Shown here one piece after another: positions 23,001-34,143 of a stretch of 44,575 nucleotides of DNA. A program made the translations under genes and the position numbers. The notes beneath the pieces were generated by a model. It did no database searches, had not been told where the DNA came from, and saw only the letters and a list, made by a program, of their open reading frames with translations. The DNA is from Malacoraja senta (Eukaryota), in contig JAXLNO010002050.1 in assembly GCA_038087875.1 (NCBI GenBank), positions 62,001 to 106,575 on the forward strand, in the 5' to 3' direction. Position 1 is the stretch's first letter. Each line of letters starts with the position of its first letter.

Positions 23001-24498
23001 GCTTCTTTAAATACCTTGCATAGCCATGGAGACAATAAATTTGAGAAATACTTTAAGAATTCTACTGTAAACCCATCTAATCCGGGAGCTTTACCAAAAT
23101 TCATTGAAAATATTGCTTTCTGTATTTCGTCTTCCGTGATGGGTTCATCGAAACAACAGAGACTCATTATATGGTAAATTTGGTAAGTTCAGTTTCTTTA
23201 AAAACTCATGCAATATATTGGAATCAGTAGGAAAATCTGATTGGTATAGGGAGGTATAAAATTCCTGAAAGGATTTATTAATTTCGTCATGGTCTTCGGT
23301 TACTGTACCATCCCGTTTACTCACTTTAGTAATCTGACGCTTGGCCGACACTGCTTTCAATTGATTAGCAAGTAATTTACCAGATTTTACGCCATTTATA
23401 TAAAATTTACTTTTGGTTTTAAGTAACTGGTTCTCAATCGGTGATACTAATAACAAATCATATCTCAATTGAAGTTCAACTCTATTCTTATAGAGCTCTA
23501 AACTAGGAGCTTTTGAATATTTTTTATCAATTTCTTTAATCTCGTCAGCCAATGTGCGTATTTCTTTTTGTGTTTGTTTTTTTAATCCCGCGGAGTATGA
23601 AATAATTTGTCCACGAATATATGCCTTAAAAGCATCCCAAACTATACCATTGGATATCTCTTCATTAGAGTTTGTCAAGAAGTAAAAAGCAATCTGATCT
23701 TTCATAAACTTAATAAAGTTTAAGTCTTGAAGCAAAGTAGCATTAAATCGCCATTGTTTAGCACTAAACTTGGAATCAGGTAGTTTGATCAATAGTTTCA
23801 CTGGTGCATGATCAGAAATAGCAATTGTATCATACTCACATGCAATGACGAATGGAACTAGCCGAGAATCTAGTATAAAATAGTCGATCCTAGAATAACT
23901 ATGATATACATGAGAGAAAAATGAAAATTCTTTGTCATTTGCGTGTAAGAATCTCCAAATTTCTAACATTCCCGAGTCAAGTAAAAAAGAATTAATAAAA
24001 TTAGCTGATTTATTTGGAAGCACATGATCAGATGTAGACGTATCAATCGAGGGATTCAAACAGCAATTGAAATCTCCACCCATTATTAAAAAGTGTTCAT
24101 TTAAATTAGGAAAGGATGCAATTAACTGTTTAAAAAACTCAGGGTGATCAATATTTGGTGTATAGACATTCACCATAGCGACTTTTTGCCTATAAAGGAC
24201 ACCGGTAATCACCAAGAATCTGCCATATGGATCAGAAATTGTTTCATGGTGAACAAACAGAATTGAGGGGTCGATAAAAATAGAGACAACCTTTCACCTT
24301 AGCCTGTGAATTTGAATGAAACTGCTGTCCTCTCCAAAACTTGAAAAATCGTGACTTGTCATCTTGCCTTACATGAGTTTCCTGAACAAAGATAATCTGA
24401 GCATTTAGTCTGTGAAGAACTTTTTAAAAAAATATCCTCTTAATGGGATGGTTCAAGCCATTCACATTCCATGAAAGGAAATTAGTAACTTTATCCAT
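20030..24498 (-). pseudogene. L1 ORF2p (EN-RT-Cys), multiply frameshifted and split by a nested insert
   Basis: Starts MDKVTNFLSWNVNGLNHPIKR at 24498. Fragments 23145-24215, 22943-23167, 22609-22920, 22312-22678 and 20121-20864. Confidence 0.9.
21618..22311 (+). mobile_element. 694-bp CpG-rich non-autonomous retroelement inserted in the L1 RT
   Basis: L1 reading SGY|KLNLSKSEL is interrupted; TATAA is duplicated at 21613-21617 and 22312-22316. 3' hairpin TTTGGACC..GGTCCAAA, then ATGACAAATAAA and a (TTGTA)n tail; (TTTAG)n at the 5' end. Confidence 0.8.
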
Positions 24499-24667
24499 AT
24501 TGCTTGTAAAAATCATGTGGGATGTAATGGGTTAATTTCTTGAAGCCTAAAAGTTCATAATACTGGAAGAAGAAAAATCTAGGGCGGAGCCAGAAGTGAC
24601 GACATTTCAGCCAATTTTGTAGTTCAGAATTTGCACAAATGGAGATCACAAAATAGGGAACAAAAGA

Positions 24668-24716
24668 CCCCTCCCCCCTCCCCCCTCCCCCCTCCCCCCT
24701 CCCCCCTCCCACCCCT
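24668..24716 (-). repeat. (GGGGA/GGGGGA)n tract in the L1 inter-ORF spacer, G-quadruplex potential
   Basis: Seen directly. Confidence 0.7.
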
Positions 24717-25097
24717 GTAGAACCCCAAACTGACCAAAAGACAGTCAGCAAACTACCTAATCCCCTCCCCAATCCCATCTCTCCCAGTAACAGCGCTCAG
24801 CATAAAAAGAATAATATTTAACCACTACGTCATAACACATTCGTTATTATCTCTTTGAGAGAGAAGAAAAAAAAATACAGACTGGCATGGAATGCTGCTT
24901 ATTATTATCCAAGGTCAAGATATAAAAAACAAGAACTGCGTTCTCTTAGTTTGTCTAACGACAGGGGAACACGAATTAACAAAGAAATTCGTAAAGAATA
25001 TATATAAAAGAAAAACAATTCGTCCAGTTAAATTCTTAATCATTACGAAACGAAATGTTGTCAAATTAGGAACAGTAAATCTCCAATTATAACTTAA

Positions 25098-26042
25098 TCA
25101 GCTATCAATTACTCCCCTTCCTCGTCGTAGCTCTTCAGACGCAGCTGGAGGCATCTTGAGGACTGTTAAAAAATCGAAAGTTACCATTGAAAAGCCGAAT
25201 ACGCAATCTAGCTGGAAATAATAGAGCTGGGCGCAGTTTTTCTTATACAAATCAGACATTACATTATAAAAAGTCTTTCTTATTTCCAAAAGCTCGTAAC
25301 TATAATCAGGGACAAACTGAAACTTACATCCTTCATATTCAACCACACCAAACTTTTTTGTTGCCTGGAGAATATTCTTCTTCATTTGAAAAAAATGAAA
25401 CCGAATGATCAAGTGTCTCGGTTTATTACCGGATTTCTTCCCAATCCTGTGTGCCTTCTCCAGGAACGGAAGGTTTTCATTGTGCTCAATGTTGAATGTT
25501 TCCTTTATCATTTTAGAAGCATATTTTATAACATTATCTCCTTCTTGGCCTTCCGGCAAACCAACAATTCGTCAATTCAAACGACGGCTTCTGTTTTCTA
25601 AGTCCATATTTTTAGACTCGTATTGCTGAAGTGCTCGAGTGTTTTCATTCATTCTCCGTTCCAATTTTTCAATCTTCAAATCTCTCTCCTGTCCCAGGGT
25701 GCGCAAGATATCAATTTGATCCTTTTGTTCACGAAGTTCATCTTGTAACAAAGACAGTTTTCCTTGGACTTCCTTCAATTTGGTCGAAACTCCTTTCACC
25801 ATTTCTTCCAAACTGCCAAATCTTGTTTTCATTTCATTTTTCAGCTCATTTTTCAATTCATCGTTCATTTTCGATATTGCTTCTATGATGCTGGAATCAG
25901 AAGCTGCAGCTGTGGTTGTGGCTTTCCCCAGTTCCTTCTTTGGGGATCCTCCTTTCCTTCTTGTCTCCATCCTTTTCACGATTAAGGCGTGTAAATGTGT
26001 TATCAACACTTTATGAACAGTTAGACGGTGTCTTGAAGTCAA
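25098..26042 (-). pseudogene. L1 ORF1p with an in-frame TGA (25572-25574) and a frameshift near 25240
   Basis: ORFs 25572-26042 and 25098-25559 are in the same frame, separated by one stop. KLRPALLFPARLRI continues in an alternative frame after an A-run. Confidence 0.85.
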
Positions 26043-27313
26043 ATAGTCACCAGTAACATTGAAAGAGTGGTCAGTGGAAGTTAAAAGTTAAGGGAGCAAA
26101 CGAGTTTGCAACCTTACAGCATGCTGCCTTACACTAGGAGAGTCTAGTTATTGACATGTTATTGATGTTCATGATTATTCTGTTCTTTGTGCCTGGCCAT
26201 TTTGACTTTGTCACATTTTACTTGGTTTATGATATTGTACAAGATTTGCAATCACACCTCCCAATTGACTAAAATTATCCCAACTAACTAAATGCCTACT
26301 ATGGCATTTAACTTATTGCATTATATTCAGTGCAGGGTAGAAGCTGCAGTTTTTTTTAAAGGGCAAGTTTGTATTACATACTATGTGGTGTGTGCCTGGA
26401 AAGCACTGCCAGGGATGGTGGCATCTGGGGTGCACCTTTGTGGTGCATGGAGATGCAGGGGTTTGAGTGACATGAATCATTTGCAGGCAGATGCTGCCTA
26501 ACTGGTGTCTGTCCGACTGATCTGGAGGGATCTGATGGTCAGGCAGGGAATATTTCCAGTGACCCAATGGTGCTGAGTTCGCTGAATTATACGGTGAATG
26601 GGAATGCCCCTGTAATAGAGGAACAGGTCCTTTGTCCAACAACGTTTGTGCTGAACATGACGCAACCTGAGGCAGAGTGGCGCTGCTGATAGAGCTGCTG
26701 CCTCAGTGCGTCATACACATCAGTTCAATCCTAACCTCGGTTGTCGGCTGTGTGAAGTTTGCATGTATTCCCTATGACCGCATGGGTTTCCACTGTCCTC
26801 CAGTTTTCACACACATACTAAAGATGCCAGGTTTATGGGTTAATTGGTCTCTGTAATTTGACCCTAGTGTGGAAGCGAAAGTTACATAACATAGAACTTG
26901 TGTGAACGGAACTATTTGAAGGAGTATTGAGTTTTTTGTTTAGTTTAGAGAGAGAGCATTGAAACAGACACTTCGGCCCCACTGAGGCCGCACCAACCAA
27001 CGATCACCCACATAAGCTAGGGACACAAGTCAATTAACCTACAAACCTGCACATCTGTCTTTGGAATGTGGGAGGAAACTGGAGCACCTGGAGAAAACCT
27101 ATGCAGTCACAGGGAGAAGGTACAAATTCCGTACAGACATCACCCGTGGTCAGGATCAAACCCAGGTGTCTGGCACTGTGCCTTTATATCTGGAAGGAAG
27201 ATGTTATGTGGAATGAATCAACAGTTAAAGTGAATAAAGTAGTTGCATCTTTCTGAGTTCTGTTCTCTGCTATGCCATTTCTTTGTTGTCTAATATTTAA
27301 TTTCCCTCCTCAG

Positions 27314-27354
27314 ATTATCAAAATATTCAACCAAAGCAGAACGTGCACTGCTAA
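27314..27354 (+). CDS. Probable terminal cytoplasmic exon: (D/N)YQNIQPKQNVHC*
   Basis: Strong acceptor tttccctcctcag|AT. Phase 1 frame is open to TAA at 27352-27354, with AATAAA 52 nt later. Linkage to the TM exon is inferred from strand and phase. Confidence 0.6.
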
Positions 27355-27405
27355 CCAATCGCTGAGTAGAAGATTTCATGGATGTGATTAAAATGCAGGA
27401 ACTGA

Positions 27406-27411
27406 AATAAA
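27406..27411 (+). terminator. Polyadenylation signal AATAAA after the putative terminal exon
   Basis: Hexamer seen directly, just downstream of the stop codon. Confidence 0.45.
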
Positions 27412-28333
27412 TGGAAAGAGTTAAATTAAGTTTATCAAACATGACAGAAATTCTCAATAGACTGCCCTGCATTTGTACAAATTAGAGCTATCTAGCAATT
27501 TATGTTGATAACAGCTGATATGACTGAGGCCTCAACTCCTTTGCTGTGCTTATTCCACATAAGACACAATTCCCTGGTCTTTTAGAATATATCCACGCAT
27601 TATCCATCAATTCACCACCACATCATGCCTCTTTAATACATTCATAAGGTTAACTCTGTTTCTTGTCATCCCCAAGGGACACAGAACCAGTGATTTCAGC
27701 CATTCGTGGTTAGGCAACACTTGCTTATTCCAGAAATCTCTTCTAGCTGATATCAAATATTAATATATCCTTTCTTAAATTTGAGGACCAAGCTGTGCAC
27801 AGTGCTCCTGATATGTCCTTAGCAACATCATGTACCATAATTACAATAGTAACCTACATTTGAATGCTAATCACCTTCTGAGTTGTGTGCTGCATCTACC
27901 TGCTGGCTTTTTGTTTTGCACTTTAAGCACTTGAATCTCTTGTACTCCACTCATTTGCAATCTCACTCCATTTAGATAATAGCTTCCTTTGAATTGCTCT
28001 TACCAAAGTGTGTGAGCACATATTTTCCATTATTAAACTCCATTTGCCATGTTTATGTTCATCTAACAAAGAGTCATATAGCCATATAGCATGGAAGTAG
28101 GTACTTCAGCCTAATGCTCCAAGCTGAACAAGATGCTACATCTAGGTTAGTCACATTTGCCAGCCTTTGGGCCCACTTTCCTCTCAACATGTTCTATCCA
28201 TGTACCTGTCCAAGTGTCTTTTCAATGTTGTTATTCTGCCTTCGCTGGCAGCTCATTCCATACACCCAGTAACCTCTTCGTAGAAAAGGTTGCCTCTCAG
28301 GTTCCTACTAAATCTTCCTCCTCACCTTAAACC

Positions 28334-28968
28334 CAGGGGTGCAGTGCTGCCAGAGCTCACCTGAGCACCGATCCGGCACCTCTGTTAAAGAAAAAATAAA
28401 CAGCGTGGAATTTTAACTAGCGGATGTGTGGTCGGGTTAACCTGATTAAAAGAGGGGTAAGGGGAAGATCCATCACTACTGAGGTTCCCTGTAGGAGGGG
28501 GGAACACTATGATGCAGCAGAGACAGACCATGTGATGTGTGCATCGTTTGTGGTTGTGGGCCTGGAGCTGAGCCTGGAACTCTGGTGGGTGGGTGGGTGA
28601 GTGGGTGGGTGTGTAGGTGAGTGGGTGTGAGGGTGAGAGTGTGTGTGAAGGCCCAGAGCTGTGGGATAGTCAGGGCGAGTCGGTGTCTTGCCGGCACCTC
28701 TGTAAAAATACATGATAACAGTATTTTTCTTTACTTGCTTCATAATTATATTTCATGATAATCAGTGAGTGCAACCATGCAATATTTTGTCATAATTAAA
28801 TTAAGTATTATATGTTTTAATGTACTAGCTATACACTGGGATGTAGTAATAGGCTATAATCTTGTTTGACCCTCTAGGGAGACTAGCTTGCCCCCCCCCA
28901 CCCCCAGCAAAATCTGAAATGCCCCTGTTTGACAGCTCCGACACCTAAAAAATTAGCATTGAACACTG
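28334..28968. mobile_element. Non-autonomous hAT-like DNA element (635 bp)
   Basis: Perfect 8-bp TSD CTTAAACC (28326-28333, 28969-28976), CAG...CTG termini with a weak TIR, interrupting a CR1 fragment. No transposase. Confidence 0.8.
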
Positions 28969-29800
28969 CTTAAACCTGTTTTTGCTGGTTCTTGATTACC
29001 CTACCCTGGGTAAAATAAATCCTGATCAATCGCCCTCATGATTTTAGAAAGCTCTCTAAGCACCAATTAAATGGTTTCAATTATAGATAGAGTAAGACTT
29101 TGTGGTTATTTCCAACAAGAATTTTAGACTAAAGAAAGGCCAGTGGAAGTACTTGGTCAAACAGCATCTGTGGAGGCAAATGACATATACCAACATTTCA
29201 AGGCAAGGCACTGCATTAGAATTGAAGGAGAGGATGGGAAGATTCTAACAGTTTGAAGGAGGAATGGGGCAGAGGCTGGTATGTGGCAGGTGGAATAGTA
29301 AGATTAAACGAGAACTTACCAAGTTTGAAGTTTGATCTTTATTTTATGAGGAGTAACGTTGAGGGATTACGTGAAGAAGCCCCGTCCAGCCGCACACGTG
29401 TCAATCTTTCAAAGCAGCGGAGTGACAATCACAGACGATAATTACTGAAGTATGATAGTAAGATGCATAAAGACTTAGAACTACCAGCTTGATCCTTTTA
29501 TGAGGGTGGGAGCGGAGGGCACGTAATCCCTCAACGTTACTCCTCATAAAATAAAGATCAAGCTTCAAACTTGGTAAGTTCTCGTTTAATCTTACTATTT
29601 TACTTCGGAGTCACGTGAGTGACTACGTGAAGATTTCAAAGCTCTGTGATTTCACACCGTGGATTCAAATCCAGGTGTTCACTGCATCGATTGACTCTAT
29701 TTGAGTAAGCACAATCAACAATGCATAACCACAACATTTGAATGTAATCAGTTAATGGTTTTATTTATTTTAATAAAAGTAACAAAATTAGGCCCATTTA

Positions 29801-30796
29801 TTATAATGGGGGATTTAATACTGTATCCAGCACGGCATTACCAAACCCTCTGAGATCTTTAATCTCCTTGTGGTAATACTTGTGAAACATCTGTTCACTT
29901 GCCCATCCTGCGGCCACGAGAATAAGGTCTATTAGCACGTCTGAATCCCTGGCCGCTGATGTTGATGCCGCCCTGGTGGAATGAGATTTAAATTTATCAG
30001 TATCAATACCTGAATATCTCAACACCTGTTTCAACCATCGTGAAATTGTTTGTGTTGACACTTTCTTATGAGGCTTTTTATGACTAATAAAAAATGCCAA
30101 TTCGGCGCCTCTTAAAACTTTTGTTGTTTCTATGTAACATTTCACATATGTTACTACACACAGTCGTGAATCTGTAGGATATGCTAAAAATTCCAACTTG
30201 CATCCTGTGAACCCAGGTCTACTTTGCTTCAGTAAATCATAGACATAGAATGTCACGGCATTTTGCCCTACTTTCATTCTATCAATTCTGAGTTTCTGTA
30301 ATGTGTGAACTCTCTGTGCTGAAACTAATGCCACGAGCATAACCAATTTCATGGTAATTTTGGATAATGACAGAGTTTCAACTGGATTCCAATTCCTTAG
30401 GAACATCAGTACATCTTTTACATTCCAAATTTCTGTATACCTGGGTCTGGGAGGATTAGAGTTGAAAATTTCTTTCATAAACCTACAGACCCAAGGATGT
30501 GCTCCAATTGGAGTTTGTTCTGATTCACTGCTTAAATATGCAGAGAGTGCACTTCGTGCAGTATTAATTGCACTATAACTTAATTTCAATTCATAGTGTA
30601 GAGTTGAAAGAAACTCTATTACATCTGAAATTTCTGCTGTGTTATATGCAATATTCTTTCCTGAACAAAACACCTCCCATTTCTTTATATATGAAATGTA
30701 CTGCTTCTGGGTACTATTCCTCCAGGCTGCTGTCATAACATCCACCGTACGGTCTGATAATCTTTTTCCAAGATATGACCTTCTTAGAATCTGCAA
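29801..30796 (-). CDS. DIRS tyrosine recombinase (N-terminal SAM-like domain + catalytic domain), open 331-codon frame
   Basis: SAQRVHTL (Arg), HSTRAAST (HxxR), AGW and FHKYY (Tyr nucleophile) motifs; no internal stops. The first codon is TTG, so the real start is uncertain. Confidence 0.92.
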   Translation of the reverse strand: MQILRRSYLGKRLSDRTVDVMTAAWRNSTQKQYISYIKKWEVFCSGKNIAYNTAEISDVIEFLSTLHYELKLSYSAINTARSALSAYLSSESEQTPIGAHPWVCRFMKEIFNSNPPRPRYTEIWNVKDVLMFLRNWNPVETLSLSKITMKLVMLVALVSAQRVHTLQKLRIDRMKVGQNAVTFYVYDLLKQSRPGFTGCKLEFLAYPTDSRLCVVTYVKCYIETTKVLRGAELAFFISHKKPHKKVSTQTISRWLKQVLRYSGIDTDKFKSHSTRAASTSAARDSDVLIDLILVAAGWASEQMFHKYYHKEIKDLRGFGNAVLDTVLNPPL

Positions 30797-31260
30797 ATCA
30801 ACAAACCAATACGATTATGTAAAGGATGTGATTCATTAGTCACAGGGTGTATAAGCAGTTTAATCTGCTTTGGAATAACCATAAGGGTTTTGGGTTTTTT
30901 TCCCCCATTTTTAACACCAGTGGGTACCATACCTGTGTAGGCCAATCTGGTACTACCAAAATCCCTGAGGCTGAATCTTGTTTAATTTTCTGTATGCATT
31001 TGTGGATTAAACAAAATGGTGGAAAAACATACAGAAACATACCACCCCAATGTAGCGAGAAAGCATCCACCACTACTGCTCCAGGATCAGGTTCCCATGA
31101 CACATACTTAGGCAACTGGTGGTTCAATCTTGATGCAAACAGATCAATTTCTGGCATTCCAAATTGTGTGATAATTTGTGTGAATATTTTCCGATTTAAC
31201 ATCCATTCTGTATTATCATTAAATTTACGTGATCTTTTGTCTGCAATTGTATTAATTTTT
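30785..31260 (-). pseudogene. DIRS1 methyltransferase-like (MT) domain, frameshifted at both ends
   Basis: WMLNRKIF, IDLFASRLN, DAFSLHW, LYVFPPF and LVVPDWPTQVWYP motifs. The C-terminus LIHPVTNESHPLHNRIGLLICRF* lies in another frame and overlaps the YR start. Confidence 0.85.
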
Positions 31261-32771
31261 ACCTGGTAAATATTGCTGACAGCCATATTTTTCTGGCAAT
31301 ACCCCAGGTCCAAATTTCATTTGCCAATTTATCACATGATTCTGATTTTATACCACCCATGTGATTTATGTATGCTACAGCTGTAGTATTGTCAACCTGT
31401 ACCTGAACATGCACATTTCCCATATCAGTGCAATAAGCTCTAAGGCCGTAAAATGCGCCTAATAGCTCTAGGTAATTGATTCCCAGTTTTTCCAGCAAAG
31501 GTACTTCATTCACATTCCACCTACCTCCACAGCTGGAAATCATGTTAGTAGCGCCCCAACTCAGCGCACTTACATCAGTCTGTCGAGTGACGGAAGGTGT
31601 TTCTACCAGAACTTTTCTGGAAGCATTAGAAACATTGTTAATCCACCATTCTATTTCTGTAATGGATTGAATTGTTAATTTCATGGGCCTATCAAAATGC
31701 CCTCTATTCATTTTTAACGCTTGTACCTTAGCTCTCTGTAAACATTGATAATGCAATGGTCCAAACGTGACCGCTGGAAACCCTGCAATTAATTTGCCTA
31801 GCAAGCTTGCCACTTCTCTAATTGAAGATGTGTCCTCGTTAATGAGTTTTATGCAACCTTCAATTAACTGCAGCTTTTTATCTTTTGGCAAAGTGATTAC
31901 CATGTGTTCGGAGTTAATTGTGAACCCTAGGTAATCAATCTTTTTGCTTGGTAACAATTTAGATTTTTGTAGGTGAATAATGAAACCTAATTTCTCAAAA
32001 TGTATTTGACTGGATACTGACAATTTTGCAGCAGCCAAAGTGTCCCCTACAATGAGGATATCATCTAAATAAGCCATTAATACATGGCCCTCAGCTCTTA
32101 ACAGAGCTAAAATTGGTTTGAGCAATTTAGTGAATAATCTTGGTGCTGAAATCAGACCATTGGGCAATGCTTTAAATTGCCATAACTGACTCATCCATCT
32201 AAATTTCAAATATCTTTGATCATTACCATGCATTGCCACAGAATAATATGCATTTTGCAGATCTATGCTTGCCTTGTAGCAATTCTTTGTGACTAGCTAA
32301 ATGGCATTAGTAAATGTTTCCATTTTGAAATGTTTCTATTGTACATAAAGGTTAAGATTTGTCAGATCGGAAATGATTCTACGTCCACCATCCCTTTTCT
32401 AGGAGAATATTCCTAGGAGAATATTTGACACAAACTGATGGTGTTGTTCTACTGACATTTATATCATCCTTTTCTGCATAACATTTTTCAATTCTCCTTT
32501 GATCAACCCATTGTCTTCCTTTGAAAAAAATCTGTGACCAGTTTGAATTATGCTGAATTGGAGGATCCAAAAGTGGAGAGAACTCAATTTTGAATCCAAC
32601 AATGCTACATAGAATAAATGAATCATTTGTTATTGATTGCCATTCTTTTAGGAAGAATCGTAACCTTCCCCCTATTTGTGAGTGTGAAACATTTGTTGTG
32701 TTTCTTACCAGACCAAGCCCCCTAACCTCGGGGTTTGCCACCGGCAGTTGTTGTCCCCTTCTAGTAGGCAC
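31259..32771 (-). pseudogene. DIRS reverse transcriptase-RNase H, disrupted
   Basis: IDLQNAYY, LPNGLISAPRLFTK and YLDD (RT); TDVS, INYLEL and DNTTAVAYIN (RNase H). In-frame TAG stops at 32336-32338 and 32297-32299, plus a frameshift near 32380. Confidence 0.92.
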
Positions 32772-32779
32772 ATTGTAAC

Positions 32780-34143
32780 CTCCACGTATCCTCGGTGCAG
32801 CATGTCAATGTGTATACGAGAATGATAGGATTGTTCCTTCTTTCGCCTGTAGGGATACTGCCTTCTCACCGCTCTGCTCAGCATAGGTGATCCTTTAGTT
32901 TCTTTGTTAGATTTTCTCCAAAACAGATTTAGGCATTTGTATATTGGATGGTTTGCAGAGCCTGCATACTTAGGATGAATATTTGGTCTTATTGCATTTT
33001 TATGAATACAATTTATTTCAAAGTGCGCACTACACATGAGTGCTAAGGCATTTTGTTGTGAATACGATATATAACCTTCATCCAAACCACTGACCCCAGA
33101 AATTTCAGCACTTGTGTAATTTCAATTCTTGTGAGCGTAAACCACTGCTCAAATTACCCATATCAAGTTATTCACTGCTGTAACTGCTACAATTTCCCGG
33201 GTCTCATATTTTTTTTGTCTCATCCATGGTTAATTCCTGGGGCTGATGGGAGAGTAGATAATTTATAGTCATAGCTATTTCCTCTCTCAAAGGTTCCCCT
33301 GTTACTCTGGGAACAGCAACGTTTTGTGCCAGCCTTGGAACATTTGTGGCTCTGATAATGGGCTCTGGTCCTCATTTAAATCATCATCTAAATTTAAATA
33401 TTCATTTTTATGTTGGGTAATTTCTGGCTCCCCTGTTTCAGGTTAGTCTCTGTCAGATTCCCCCTGCGCGGGCTCACATGTAGGCCCACGGACAGGCAGC
33501 CCTGCTTCAGGTGCTGCTGGCGCTGGCTCAATTCTAGGCCAACGATTCATTATTTTTACACTTTATATTTGTCGGTGCTGGCACATTTATCATTGCACGT
33601 TTGTGCTGCCTTTTGTTCAGGCATTTCTAGTACTGGCTCTCCAATAGGCCAACACATAACTTGCCTTTTTTATGGCATTTTTGGGCACTGGCTGTCCTGT
33701 AGGCCAACCTCTTTAATGTTTCTGCACAGGCACTGATGGCTCTCCTGTAGGCCACCCTTGTGCCTGTTCCAAGGCACCTCCTGTGCTATACTTCATTGGC
33801 CAACACCGACTTAAATCCTCCTGTGGGGGTTCTTTACAAATCATCTGCCCCATAAGGAGTTATAACGTTTTTGACCCTTGCAGTGTAATACTCTTTCCTG
33901 CCTCAGGAGGGCATACCTCCGGGTCTGACTCATCCGAGTCTACAGGTCGGGCCGATTTTTGCCTTGCGCCCGCCCGCGGCGGTTTAACGCACATTCGACC
34001 ACAACTGGAGTTAATGGCTTCGCTGCCACTGACTCCCCTGACTGACGCCCGCTACCCTTAGGATCTGGGGTTTTACTACAGTGCGTCCCTGGCCGCCTCT
34101 CCTTCCCATTTCTCCATAATAAACTTGTGTGGAGTTCCACCAA
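32780..34143 (-). pseudogene. DIRS ORF1 (gag-like), fragmented, with internal ~50-bp degenerate tandem repeats (about 33630-33760)
   Basis: Positional inference (between the 5' ITR and RT). Broken into short ORFs. The repeated motif ggctct/gtcc..taggcc occurs three times. Confidence 0.5.

Larger units (their letters stand above)
19594..26144 (-). mobile_element. Near full-length L1-clade LINE, disabled, antisense in the last intron of the class I-like gene
   Basis: ORF1 has a coiled coil and ENRSRRLN*RIVGLPEG. ORF2 has endonuclease (SWNVNG, MGGDFN, SRIDYF, SDH), RT (RQGCPLSP, YADD) and a C-terminal CxxC..HxxxxC knuckle. A-rich 3' tail near 19594-19660. Spans the gap at 19815-19952. Confidence 0.92.
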
